Of a DNA stretch of 64,000 nucleotides, positions 25,488 through 37,674 are shown piece after piece. Made by a program: the position numbers and the translations under genes. The stretch's first letter is position 1. Every line of letters begins with the position of its first letter. The stretch spans positions 558,001-622,000 of the forward strand of contig MU061560.1 in NCBI GenBank assembly GCA_013265495.1, given 5' to 3'. Under the pieces are notes generated by a model. That model saw only the letters and a program-made list of their open reading frames with translations, was not told the origin of the DNA and made no database searches. This DNA is from Vicugna vicugna (Eukaryota).

Positions 25488-26089
25488 TTTTTTTTCAAAT
25501 TTGTGTTTTTTTGTCATTTTTCATTAGTTTAAATAACACTTCAAGGAACAGCGTTAACCTGTGATTGAGAGCCCCACCTATCACTGAGGTTAGACCTTGT
25601 AGAAAACTTCTTAGGCAGGCGGTCCTGCTGGGAGGAGAGTGTGGGAGGAAGGACAGCTGAGCCCTGTTGTGTGTTAGCCTTGAAGACGTCTGTACCCGTC
25701 TCACACTTTGTTGTGGCTTTGATGTGCCTGGGGCTGCGTGCCAGCAGGTGGATAAGGATGAACAAATTTCTCCCAGGTGATTCTGACTCGCCCTTCTTCC
25801 TTTACTTGCCCACCCTCCTTTTAGGAACCACTGTGACCATCAAAACTGAGGGAAGCATGTTAGCGCTCAGGCCAAGTACCACAAACTGTGTCCAGGTGAG
25901 AACTTACCCCCTCCTGCTCCCCTCCCCGCTGTGCAAGGCTTCACCCAGGCTCTGCCCGGCTAAGTCTCAGCCTGTCCTGGGCTGACTGGAATGAAAACAC
26001 AAACAGCTCTCCAGCTGAAAAACAGAAAGGAATTCAGGGGTCCATAAAAAGCTTTTCCAAAGCAACAACATGTTTACAAAGAAGGAAGG

Positions 26090-26161
26090 NNNNNNNNNNN
26101 NNNNNNNNNNNNNNNNNNNNNNNNNNNNNNNNNNNNNNNNNNNNNNNNNNNNNNNNNNNNN
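26090..26161. other. Assembly gap
   Basis: Run of N next to a GAAG/G-rich simple repeat. Confidence 1.
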
Positions 26162-26289
26162 CACTGAGGGAGGGGGTGGGAGGGGGTGGGCGGGGGCGGC
26201 CAGGGTGCATTCCTATTCTCTGCCCCCTCACACTCCGGAACATTGGCTTGCAACCTAGTTTTCTAGATTTTCTATCTCCTTTCTCTTCC

Positions 26290-26480
26290 CTCCCGGGGAC
26301 ATCTGGCAGCGTCTGGAGACATTTCTTGGCGGTTACAAATGGGAGGGAGTGAGTGCTACTGGCACCTGTGCTTAGAGTTCAGGGACACCATTGTACACGC
26401 CCCGTGCACGAGGTGGTGCCCCACAGCAAAGAATTCTCCAACCCAAGATGTCAGCAGCGCCAGAGTGGAGAAGCCCTGCT
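26290..26480 (+). mobile_element. MER20-like hAT MITE
   Basis: GGGGACATCTGGCAGCGTCTGGAGACATTT...TGCTACTGGCA...GTGGAGAAGCCCTG resembles the MER20 consensus. Confidence 0.75.
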
Positions 26481-26986
26481 CCAGCGCCTGGGCTTCCCTA
26501 CAACCCTTTCCTCCTTTCTTCTGTCCCCCGTCCAGGGCTCCCCTTCCCTCGGGTCCAAAGGGAAAGATGATGGCCTCTCACCACAACGCTGGACGGGCCG
26601 TAGTTTCCCTGTGCTCTCAGTCTCAGTTGATCAGTCTTGAGCAATCAGTTCCCGAGAGCAAAGTGACTCCTTATCTCATCTGTGACATCCGGCAACTTGT
26701 GGAGACACAAGAACACCCTAAATACCTGGGCTGGGAGCACGATCCGTGGCCTGAAGACCTGGAGACGCACAGCCCCAGCCATTTCTTTTTACCCTCTTCT
26801 CAGGCTGTTTCTCAGCCTTGTCATTCCTTTGGCCTGCGATGCAATCCCCCATAACCCCTCCCCACCCCAACATGTCATTATGATTCATGTCCCTGTTGAA
26901 CTTGTAAATTCAACGGAGAAATAGAATTGGCCTTAGTTGCTATTTGAGAACTTAAGAAACGAATTTGACAAGAAAATATATACCTT

Positions 26987-27688
26987 TGGAAAATAGTACA
27001 GAGATTCTTCAAAAGACTAAAATTAGACTTACCATGTGACCCAGCAGTCCCACTCCTGGGCATATATCCAGAGGGAACCCTAATTCAAAAAGACACCTGC
27101 ATCCCAATGTTCATAGGAGCACTATTTACTAGAGACAAGACATGGAAACAACCTAAATGTCCATCAATAGATGACTGGATAAAGAAGTTGTGGTATATTT
27201 ATACAATGGAATACTACTCAGCCATAAAAATGATAAAATAATGCCATTTGCAGCAACATGGATGGACCTGGAGATCATCATTCTAAGTGAAGTTAGCCAG
27301 AAAGAGAAAGAAAAATACCATATGGTATCACTCACATGTGGAATCTAAAAAAAAAGACAAATGAACTTATATATAAAATAGAAACAGACTCACAGACACA
27401 GAATACAGACTTGTGGTTGCCAGGGGGATGTGGGCAGGAAGGGATAAACTGGGCGTTTGAGATTTGCAGATACTGACAGGTCTATATAAAATAGATAAAC
27501 AAGTTCATACTGTATAGCACAGGGAATATATTCAATATCTTGTAGTAGTAGCTCACAGGGAAAAAGAATATGAAAATGAGTATATGTATGCTCATGTATG
27601 AGTGAAGCACTGCGCTGTACACCAGAAACTGACACAACATTGTAGACTGACTATAACTCAATAAAAAAAATGTTAAAAAAAAAAAGAA
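26987..27688 (+). mobile_element. 5'-truncated young L1 with poly(A) tail
   Basis: ORF2 end + 3' UTR; 17-bp TSD AAGAAAATATATACCTT (26970-26986) / AAGAAAATATATGCCTT (27689-27705). Confidence 0.93.
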
Positions 27689-27841
27689 AAGAAAATATAT
27701 GCCTTGAAGAAAGATACCCTCTGTGGCCTTGTTTTGCTTAAATGATTAACGTTCTGATCCGAGTATGTTTTGTTGCTATTCATTACATTTCTGGTGAGCT
27801 GTAGGGTAAGACTAGCCCATAGAAAGGACTTAACAATGACA

Positions 27842-28013
27842 GGGGAGGGTGTAGCTCAAGTGGTAGAGTGTATGCCTAGCATGCATGAGGTTCTGGGTTC
27901 AACCCCTGGTATCTGATTACTCCAAAAAATAGATAACCCTAATTAACTCCCTTGCCCTCCACCAAATAAAATAATTAAAAATGCAATATAATAATTTTAA
28001 CAAATAAATAAAA
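27842..28013 (+). mobile_element. Camelid tRNA-derived SINE
   Basis: TSD TTAACAATGACA on both sides. Confidence 0.9.
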
Positions 28014-29059
28014 TTAACAATGACAAAAGGGTGCAGGGCTTCTAACTTTAAAGCCTTTCTTCAATATGCCTGTACTAGAATTTAAATACACCTCATCTGT
28101 TCCGGGAAGTTAGAATCTGTGGGCAAAACTCCAGGATGCATTCTGGGGGCTGTGAGCGGGCTTCAGGGCTGGGGCTCACCTTCTCCCAAAGAGCGGGCTC
28201 AGGCAGGGACATAAAATCATCGTAAAAGCCTGATCAGTAACTTGTCAAATTTTAATTCTGCTGAAAGTCACATTTTAAAATGTGTGACTTTTTGTTGTCA
28301 CGAGTCCAGAGGCACAAGGAACTCCTGAATCAGGGAGGCTTTGTCAAACTGAGAGTCAGGAGAACTGAGTTCTGATCCCGTCTCCACCGGCCGCTGGAGC
28401 TGTAAACCTGAGCGCGTATTCCACCTCTCTGAGCCTTGGTTTCCTTATTTGTAAAATACAGTTGGAGTAAAATTTAAAATCCTGAAAGTTGCTAAGGTTC
28501 CCTTAGGCTCTAATATTGTAAGATTCTTATTCTTCATATTTTTGTTATTCATTGTCCCCATGGCTCTCCTTGCCTTTTTGAAAGCCTACATTTGGTACCA
28601 TATGCAAAGTCTAATGTATTGTATACATAGTCATTGCTGCTTTTCTAAATGTCCTTCAAACGCTTCCTTAATTTAGTGCCCTAGACCAAGTCTTCTCTCC
28701 ATGCTTGTTCACCCAGGAGGCTCCAGTCTCTCAGCCAAAGCCCCTGACCATCAGTGGGTCCTGTGAGTATAAATAAGGTAGCTGGTGGGCTCAGCGTTAG
28801 TGCTGATACACATATAAAAATCTCCTCTTCAAGATTCAAAGTTTTCAGTCAGGCAGATTAGCTGGGTTGATGGTTAGATAAGACATTCTGTGTGCCGCAC
28901 TTAGGCGTGGAGAAGTTATCCCTAGTGGCCATTTTCGCCCCGACCCAGCTCCCACGCCTGGAGTCTGACCCCCAACCCCGAACACATGCGTTCTGCACCG
29001 TCTCCCTGTGAAAGGGCCAGATCCAGCCCTGGAACTTCACTTCCATACTGCTAAGAATA

Positions 29060-30050
29060 CCGTTAACCAAATTAAAAGACAAAGTGCATATTGAGAGAAA
29101 ATATCTGTAACAGACACATTATTTGTCATAATAAATATAAAGAACTCTTACAAATAAATATTTTAAAATGTGAATGCAGGGGGAAAATGGGCAAAGAATG
29201 TGAATATGTAATCCACAGGAAAAGAAATCTGAAGGGCCAACATATGGAAAATTTCAGTAATAATGAAATACAAATAAAAATAATGTTGGGTTTTTTAACC
29301 AATTAAATTAGCAAAAGTAAAATTATTGGTATCACCCACGTGTGGACATGAGGAAATGGGCACTCCTATACACTTTTATTAGAAGTATAGACTGGCACAC
29401 AATATCTACTTAGATTTCAAAGATGCATACCCTTGTTCTAGGGGTTAAAGGGGGTGGGAAGGGATAAATTGGGAATTCAAAAATTGCACCTCTTGGGGAG
29501 TGATGGAAATGTGAGCTATCTTGATTATGGTGGTGGATTCATGGGTGTATACAACTATCAAAACTCATCAAATTGTACATCTGAAATATGTGTAGTTTAC
29601 TGTAGGGGAACCATATCACAATAAAGATGTTTAAAAAAAAAGATGCATTTCCTTTGACTTAGCAATTTCACTTCTAAGAATCTATTCTGCTGAAATATTT
29701 ACATCAGTTTGAATATACACGTGTAAAAGGATATTTTCTGCAGTATTGTCCATAATAAGAAATTCGAAGTGATCTATCATCTACCAAGAGAAAAACTGTT
29801 AATAAAATTGTCATAATCCTTACAAGAAAATACCACACAGCTATTGGAAAGAATATTTTGAGATGTCTGTGTACTGATATGGAAGATGTCTAGAATATAG
29901 CAATAAGTAAAGAAAAGCTATAATAAAAGGAACTCTTTTCACTGTATGAACTGTGTGTGTAGTGCCATCTAATTTATACTGTATGTTTGTGTCTGGACAG
30001 TGAAAGGTTTGAAGAACAGAGAGAAGCTAGTAATGGTGGTTCTCATCTGT
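29060..30050 (+). mobile_element. Old L1 (L1ME-like) ORF2 3' fragment with a nested L1 3' end
   Basis: Degenerate ORF2 text (ORF 29091..29306, ENICN...YKELLQIN); nested insert at 29436-29638. Confidence 0.7.
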
Positions 30051-30105
30051 AGAGTATGATCTGAGGTGAGCTTTTCTGTATTTTACATCATTCATTTAAT
30101 GATAC

Positions 30106-30494
30106 TGTTACGGACTGAACTGTCTCCCCTAAATGCATATACTGAAGCCCTAACCCCAGTGTGACTGTAATTGGAGACAGGGCCTGTGAAGAGGCGATTA
30201 CGGTCGAGTGGTCATACTGGTGGGGCCCTCATCCGACAGGACTGGTGTCCTCAGAACACCAAGGGCGCTCTCTTTCCACGTGTGCACAGAGAGAAGACCA
30301 CGTGAGGACACACTGAGAAGGCAGCTATCTGCTGGCTGGAAAGATGGGTCTTACCAGGGACCAGTCTTGCTGGGATTCTGGCGGCACCTTGATCTCGGAC
30401 TTCTCGCCTCCAGAACTGTGAGAAAATAAATGTCTGTTGCTTAAGTCACCCAGTCTTTTGTATCTTGTTATAGCAGCTTGAACAGACTAATACA
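30106..30494 (+). mobile_element. MaLR solo LTR (MLT1A/B-like)
   Basis: TG...CA ends, AATAAA near the 3' end, 5-bp TSD GATAC/GATAT. Confidence 0.88.
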
Positions 30495-30569
30495 GATATG
30501 GAGAGATTTTTATACTCTTATCTTTGGATATGCTTTATTGAGAAAGGCACACCCTTTAAAAATGTTTTA

Positions 30570-30714
30570 ATTCTTATTTATTTATTCATCTTTTTGGTGG
30601 GGGGGGCAGGTAATTCGGTTTACTTATTTATTTTTAGAGGCAGTACTGGGGATTGAACCCAGGATCTTGGGCATGCTGAGCATGTGCTCTACCACTTGAG
30701 CTCTACCCTCGCCC
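30570..30714 (-). mobile_element. Camelid tRNA-derived SINE
   Basis: GGGGATTGAACCCAGG...CTACCACTTGAGCT. Confidence 0.9.
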
Positions 30715-30823
30715 TTGTTTATTTTTTTTTTAAGCAGATGTTTTTAAAAAAACGACTTCAAGACACAAGCTGAACTCCCACAACAGGGACGTCTCCAATA
30801 ATGTGTCCATTGGGGTTAGGCCG

Positions 30824-31190
30824 CTGTATTAATGAAGATAATTACCACCACCGGCTGCAGCAGACCTCTAAATCTAAGTGTCTCCACACCACAAAGATGT
30901 GTTTCTGGCTTGTGTGACATGTCTGTTACGCTTTGGCAGGGAACTCTGTTCTAGGTCGTCCACTCAAGGACCCAGGCTGACTGAGGGCTGACCATCTTGC
31001 TACATCACTCTCAGCATGTGGTTCTAGAGTTTGCCAAAGCAGGGGGAGGGAGCTAGAGCGTCAGACAAGGCTTTTCACTGACCCAGCACAGAAGAAACAA
31101 ACAGCACCTCCACTCAGTTACTGCAGAACAGTCACATGACCCCAACCAAGCTGCACAGGCGGCTGGGAAATATGAGAACCATCTGAATAT
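30824..31190 (-). mobile_element. Old MaLR LTR (MLT1J/K/L-like)
   Basis: CACTCAAGGACCCAGGCTGA and AGTCACATGACCCCAACCAA..CTGGGAAAT motifs. Confidence 0.55.
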
Positions 31191-31194
31191 TGAC

Positions 31195-31346
31195 TTTTTT
31201 TTCTTTTTTTTTTTTCTACTTTACTACATTTTAGGGGGGAGGTAATTAGGTTTATTTATTTGTTTATTTAAACGGAGGTACTGGGGATTGAACCCAGGAC
31301 CTCGTGCTTGCCAAGCACGTGCTCTACCACTGAGCTATACCCTCCC
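31195..31346 (-). mobile_element. Camelid tRNA-derived SINE
   Basis: Reverse-complement copy flanked by CCATCTG repeats. Confidence 0.9.
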
Positions 31347-31393
31347 TGCCATCTGTATGCTTAAAGAATACCAAATGTTTTCATCATACTTCT

Positions 31394-32022
31394 TGTTATG
31401 GATTGAACTATATTCCCCCCGGATCTCAGAATATGATTTTACTTGGAAATAGTGTCTTTACAGAAGTAATCAAGTTAAAAATTCCTTCAAGTTAAAATCC
31501 TTCTTTTGCCTCCTCTTCAGATGAGCTCATTAGAGACGGGGGAGGGTATAGCTCAGTGGTAGAGTGCCATGCTTAGCATGCATGAGGTCCTGGTTCAATC
31601 CTCAATACTGCCATTAAAAACAAAAATCAAATAAATAAACTTAATTACCCCTCCAAACCCTCCCCCCCAAAAGAGTGAGCCCTAATCCACTAATACTGGT
31701 GTCTTTGTGAAAGGAAGACATTTGGACACAAATGAGACAAACATGCATAGAAGGAAGATGAAGTGAACACATTCAGGAAGCAGATGGTCACCTGACGATG
31801 GAGGCAGAGGAAGGAGTTTTGCTGCGACAGACCAAGAAAATGGGGGTCACTAAAAGCTAGGGGAGAAGCATGGAATAGATTCTCCCTCATAGCCCTCAAA
31901 AGAAACCAATCCCGCTGACATCTTGATTTTGGATTTCTAGCTTCTAGAAGCGCGAGGCATTTCTGTTGTTCTAAAGCATCCAGCTTGTGGTACTTTTACA
32001 GTAGCCTTAGGAAATGAATACT
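31394..32022 (+). mobile_element. MaLR solo LTR (MLT1B/C-like) interrupted by a SINE
   Basis: TGTTATGGATTGAA start, CCCTAATCCA..ACTGGTGTC core, GCCTTAGGAAATGAATAC end. Confidence 0.82.
31538..31671 (+). mobile_element. Camelid tRNA-derived SINE nested in the LTR
   Basis: GGGGAGGGTATAGCTCAGTGGTAGAG head. Confidence 0.9.
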
Positions 32023-32619
32023 CTCTTCCATCAAAGTTACTCAGAGATTTAATACATGGCAGTCGGTGCTTACGAATCTGTTAGAATGACAGGAAAAAGC
32101 AGGCACTAGCCTGGACACCCAGGAACCACTCCCAGGACAATGCGGGCACCTAGAGTTGCTGATACGTTTACCACAGCCAGGGGCTGGCTCTCAAGATCTC
32201 TCCACCTCTGTTGCTATCTGAGAACCAGGAAAGCACCACTGGGACCATCGATTTCAGAACCACATCATGCTTCCCATGAGCTGCTCAAGCCAAATGGGTA
32301 CCTCGTGTAAGTCCTCCATCCTGGCACAGTTTAGTTCTAAATGTAAGTCTTGAGTGAAGACAGCTGTTTTATGGAGCTAAAATTATAGCTGAAGCACTTT
32401 GTTGCAAATATATTGGCAAATGTAGTTTTTAGCTTTTTAGCTTCTGAAGGAGAAAAAAAGCCCACCAGAAGGAGGCTTAAATACATTTTGAACAAGCTGT
32501 TCTCTTTTTCTTTTATCTTTTTGGTCACTATTTTATGATTTTTTTTTAAATCATTCTTCTGGCTCCCCTTAAATGTTCTCATGGTCACGATCACTTTTCT
32601 TCTTTCTAGTCTCTGGGCA

Positions 32620-33430
32620 AAAGCATCTATTCTAAATTCATCCAGGTGTCTCCCTCTGCATTATTACCACCCTAGTAGTCATTTACTCAGTCATTCATTC
32701 ATACAGCCATCCCCAACTGCATTATTACCGTCATCTCTGTCTTGAATTATGGCAACGCTCCCTGCCTGGTTTCCCGTTCTCCCTTACAGCCTCTCAGTCC
32801 AGCGGGATGGGGGGAATCCTTACGAATAAAATTCGTAAGATCACGTGTCTCTTTGTTGACCGTTCTGATTTTCTCCATCACCTTCAGGACCCATCTCTAG
32901 CTCCTCGCTCTCAAGAATTCACTTCTGACTGACCAGCTATTTATTTTTATTTCTTGGGAGAGGTAATTAGGTTTGTTTGTGTGTGTGTGTGTGTTTGATG
33001 CAGATTCTGGGGACTGGAGCCAGGCCCTTGCGCATGCTCAGCACATGCTCTACCCCTGAGCTGCACTCCCCGCCCCTGACCCGCTCGTTAGACGTGACAC
33101 TGGCCAGTCCCTCACAGACCTCACGCCCTGTGCTTAGTCACCCTAAGCTATTTAAGCCGTCCAGGACGTATCATGTCCTTTCCTGTCTCTTCCCTTTTGC
33201 ACGAGCTGCCCCTCTGTCTGGTCTGGACGTCCTTCCCCCTCCTCTGTCAGGCCGGCTCCCGCTCATCCGCGTCCGGGAGGCCCAGGTCCGGGGCCTCCCC
33301 TCCGCGCTGCCGGCCGCATCACTGATTTCCTTCTTGAGAAGAGACATGAGCAGAGGCCTCCGAGGGGTTTTGAGGAATGCCCGCGAATGTGTTTTGTTCA
33401 CCTTTGTATCTTTAGTACTTAATATAGTAA
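32620..33430 (+). mobile_element. LINE-2 3' fragment interrupted by a SINE
   Basis: Degenerate L2 3' motifs ending TTTTGTTCACCTTTGTATCTTTAGTACTTAATATAGT. Confidence 0.55.
32940..33075 (-). mobile_element. Camelid tRNA-derived SINE (diverged)
   Basis: GGTAATTAGGTTT linker and degenerate head; TGACCAGCT/TGACCCGCT flanks. Confidence 0.85.
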
Positions 33431-33705
33431 TTAACTGCTATTTTCATTTTAAATTTGTTTGGCTGCTGGTCTGAATAGTGGCACACATTTAAGACCGCTG
33501 TTGAGATTTGAGGGTACATTATTTTCGATCTTTGCGTTAACTTACTAGTACTGCTTAAAAGCTTCCTTTTATTTTGGTAGCAGGTCACATTCTTAGCAGG
33601 TACATTATTACTCCTATTTGGTAGATTGAGGGTGAGAGTGAGGCCGTGGGTTCTTAAAGAGTATGATTAATTCAGAATTTTTTTCCCTCGTGCTGTATTA
33701 GTTCT

Positions 33706-33795
33706 TTTTTTTTTTTTTAAGTTTTGATGGAGGTTGAACCCAGGACCTCATGCATGCTAGGAGAGCACTCCACCACTAAGCTATACCCTCCCCCC
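33706..33795 (-). mobile_element. Short-form camelid SINE
   Basis: Perfect 11-bp TSD GTATTAGTTCT at 33695-33705 and 33796-33806. Confidence 0.9.
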
Positions 33796-34430
33796 GTATT
33801 AGTTCTAAAACAACTTGTTAGTTCCTGACTAGTCCAGATGCAGTGTATTTAATATGCAAACTATTTATTTAGTCATTCATTCATACATACATCTATTCAT
33901 TCCTCCATTTAGTCAAACATTCAGTAACTGAGGAGGAATGAGAATAAAGAAAAGCTGTCAGAAAGAAACAAAAAACGTCAACTGTTGGATAAAACTTTAT
34001 ACCTTTACATATACTATACACAGGCCTTTATGATACACTGCCTTCTTCACTAAGTTTGCTAAATGTGTCACTGATATGTAAGTCTTAATCGCCCATCACA
34101 GTTGTATAGCATTTCTAGAAAACTGGTTCTGAAAACTCAAAATGACTCATGCTGCCCACTACTGGCTAGGTGAACTGGTTGGGGAATTAGGAAAGAAGTT
34201 CTCAGCCTCTCCTAGCCCTGGCTCCTGCAGGAAGAAATTCTGGGTGGACGTCCCTTTTGTTGACCACAGTGTACCAGTGAGCCTTTGGGTAGGCAAAGGG
34301 AACTCACCAAGGGCTGAAAAGCTCGATTTCTTTTCACCCTGAAAAGGTGAAAGGTGTAGGGGAGACAAAAAGGAAGCCCTGAGAAACAGAGGAGAAACAA
34401 AGGTTTGAGGAGTTTTTAAGAATGAAACAA

Positions 34431-34575
34431 ATAGCTCAAGTGGTAGAGTGCGTGCTTAGCATGCATAGGGTCCTGGGTTCAATCCCTAGTACCTCCATCA
34501 AATAAATAAATGAACCTAATCACCCCCCATCCAAAAAAAAAAACTATAAAAAATAAAACCACACTGAAAAGTCTT
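34431..34575 (+). mobile_element. Camelid tRNA-derived SINE lacking its first ~9 nt
   Basis: Starts at ATAGCTCAAGTGGTAGAG. Confidence 0.88.
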
Positions 34576-35339
34576 ATAAAAATGAAATGAACTTTTTGGG
34601 AACCTGGAGTGCAGCTGTGAAGGAAAGTAGCCAAGGAGAAAATCCCAGAGAAGCGGTGGGGGAAGTAACTTAACAGGGATGTTTAACGTGTCCTACTTCG
34701 TTGTTGGCATTACTGTGATGTAAAATCACTCCGTTATCTCAAACAGCTAATACAATACGCCATATTTTTCGAGCGTGGGCAGATTAAAGGAAGGGATACG
34801 TTTCCCTTGGTGTATGGGTGCCAAGCAAAGGGAATAAACAGACTAGGGAGATGTGCGAGGGAAGCGGAGTACTCTAGGTCTCTTCGCTGTGTTCTCACGC
34901 TGCCCTCTAATGGGCTGTCAGTGTCTCCCCAGATTCAATTGCTGCCTTCTGAACCACCAGATTGATTCCACCATCTGCAGACAATTTCCCAACATCTGCT
35001 GACAAAGTATGTGTCAAGCTTGAGACCTAGGGAATAGTGCAAATTGATTAAACCTGTTTACTTTATTGTCTTTGCAAATTATGGGCAGTTTCCAAAACAC
35101 GACAAAGAGGCTTCCCCATCAGAGTTGTGTATTTCACATGAACATTTGCTCTACATGTTCCACGGTGATTGGAAAACAGTGGAATGGCAGCTTGGCTATG
35201 GCTGACGTTCAAAATGTTCGCATAAAATGATACTGGATGCTTATGCTATTAAAAATAGTTTGATCCTTTTCAAGAGGCATTAAAATAATTTCCAGGTATT
35301 AATTAACTCAAAATAAGCTTTCTCTCATTCGGAATTTTA

Positions 35340-37361
35340 TTTTCTTTTATTTTTAAAATATTTTAATTGAAGTAAAGTCAGTTTACAATGTTGTGTCAAT
35401 TTCTGGTGTACAGCACAATGCTTCAGTCATACATGAATATAGATATATTCATTTTTTTAAATTTTTTTTGTTTTTTTTTTGTTTTTTTTGATATATTCAT
35501 TTTTATATTCTTTTTAACCATAAGTTACTACAAGATATTGAATATAGTTCCCTGTGCTATGCAGTATAAATTTGTTGTTTATCTATTTTATATATATTAC
35601 TTGGTATCTGCAAATCTCAAACTCCCAATTTATCACTTCTCACCCACCTCCCCTGCTGGCAACCATAAGTTTGTTCTCTATGTCTGTGAGTCTGTTTCTG
35701 TTTTGTAAATCAGTTTGTTTGTCTTTTTTATTTTTGATTCCACATGTAAGTGATAGCATATGGTATTCTTTTTTCTGGCTTATTTCATTTAGAATGACAT
35801 TCTCCAGGTCCATCCATGTTGCTGCAAATGGCATTATTTTATTATTTTTTATGGCTGACTAGTATTCCATTGTATAAATATACCACAACTTCTTTATCCA
35901 GTCATCTGTCAATGGACATTTAGGTTGTTTTGATATCTTGGCTATTGTAGATAGTGCTGCTATGAACATTGGGGTGCAGGTGTTTTTCAAATTGAAGTTC
36001 CCTCTGGATATATGGCAAGGAGTGGGATTGCCGGATCATATGGTAAGTCTGTTTTTCATTTTTTAAGGCATCACCATACTGCTTTCCACAGTGGCTGCAC
36101 CAAGCTACATCCCCACCAGCAGTGTAGGAGGGTTCCCTTTTCTCCACACCCTCTCCAGCATTTACTGTTAAAGTGGACTTTTGAATGATGGCCATTTTGA
36201 CTGGTGTAAGTGATACCTCATTGTAGTTTTGATTTGCATTTCTCTGATAATTAGTGATATCTGGCATTTTTTCACGTACCTATTGGCCATTTGTATGTCT
36301 TCATTAGAGACTAGCCTGTTTAAGTCTTCTGTCCATTTTTGATTGGGTTGTTTGTTTTTTTCTTATTAAGTCATATGAGCTATTTATATATTTCAGAAAT
36401 TAAGCCCTTGTCAGTCACATCTTTTGCAAATATTTTCTCCCACTCCATAGGTTGTCATTTTGTTTTGTTTATGGTTTCCTTTGCTGTGCAAAAGCTTATG
36501 TTTGATTAGGTTCCATTTGTTTATTTTTGCTCTTATTTCTATTTCCTGGGTAGACTGCCCTAGGAGACATTGCTGAGATTTATGTCGGGTAATGTTTTGC
36601 CTGCTTTCTTCTAAGAGGTTTATAGTGTCTTGTCTTATGTTTAAATCTTAAAGCCATTTTGAGGTTTTTTTTTGTGTGTATGCTGTGAGGGAGTAGTCTA
36701 ACTTCATTGATTTACATGCAGCTGTCCAGTTGTCCCTACACCATTTGCTGAAGAGACTGCCTTTACTCCATTGTATGTCCTTGCCTCCTTTGTCAAAGAT
36801 TAATTAACCAAAAGTTTCTGGGTTTATTTCTGGGCTCTCTGTTCTGGTCCATTGATCTGTATGTCTTTTTTTGCACCAATACCATGCTGTTTTGATGACT
36901 GTAGCTCTGTAGTATTGTCTGAAGTCTGGGAGGGTTATTCCTCCAGCTTCATTCTTTTTCTTCAGTAATGCTTTGGCAATTCTGGGTCTTTTGTGATTCC
37001 ATATACATTTTAGGATTATTTGTTCTAATTCTGTGAAAAATGTCCTGTGGAATTTGATAGGGATAACATTAAATCTGTAGATTTCCTTGGGTAGTATGGC
37101 TGTTTTAACAATATTAATTCTTCCAATCCAAGAACATGGGATATCTTTCCATTTCCTTAAGTCATCTTTAATTTCCTTAGTCAATGTTTTATAGTTCTCA
37201 GCATATAAGTTTTTCACTTCCTTGGTCAGATTTATTCCTAAGTATTTTTTTTTTGGATGCAATTTTAAAAGGGATTGTTTCTTTACTTTTCTTTTCTGAT
37301 ATTTCATTTTTAGGGTAAAGACATACAAGTGATTTCTGTATGTTAACCTTGTATCCTGCTA
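35340..37361 (-). mobile_element. 5'-truncated L1 (~2 kb: ORF2 3' part + 3' UTR)
   Basis: ORF 36804..37328 ([15 protein letters not shown]...[16 protein letters not shown]...TAWYW) is L1 ORF2; probable TSD CTCATTCGGAATTTTA (35324-35339) / CTCATTCAGGATTTTA (37362-37377). Confidence 0.95.
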
Positions 37362-37674
37362 CTCATTCAGGATTTTAAGTTATAATAAAGCCAGTCTACA
37401 CCCCAGCAAAATAACTTGGCAGCTATTCTGATGAGGAGTCTATGCCAGGCCAGCTTTATGTATTTTGGCTGCGTTTGATTACAAATCCTAATTGCAATTG
37501 TACCAATTCAGAGCTGGTTAAATCCTTGCTATTCCAGCCTTCCCAAGTAAAAGAAAAGGAAATTCCAAGTCCACTACAGTAATACTCTGTAATAAGCATC
37601 ATACTACGTAGTAGAGATGACCAGCCACACCATTTCCACTTTCAGTGAGCTCACCGTTGGCTAAGGGGAAAGGG

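Noticed and set aside
24752..25532. Long ORFs of 200-250 aa (also those at 6203-6752 and 25967-26258)
   Set aside because: Artefacts of translating through N gaps.
26339..26854. 171-aa ORF
   Set aside because: It begins inside a MER20-like element and shows no domain-like composition.
36804..37328. 174-aa ORF as a possible gene or active reverse transcriptase
   Set aside because: Fragment of a 5'-truncated, frameshifted L1 ORF2; it cannot be autonomous.
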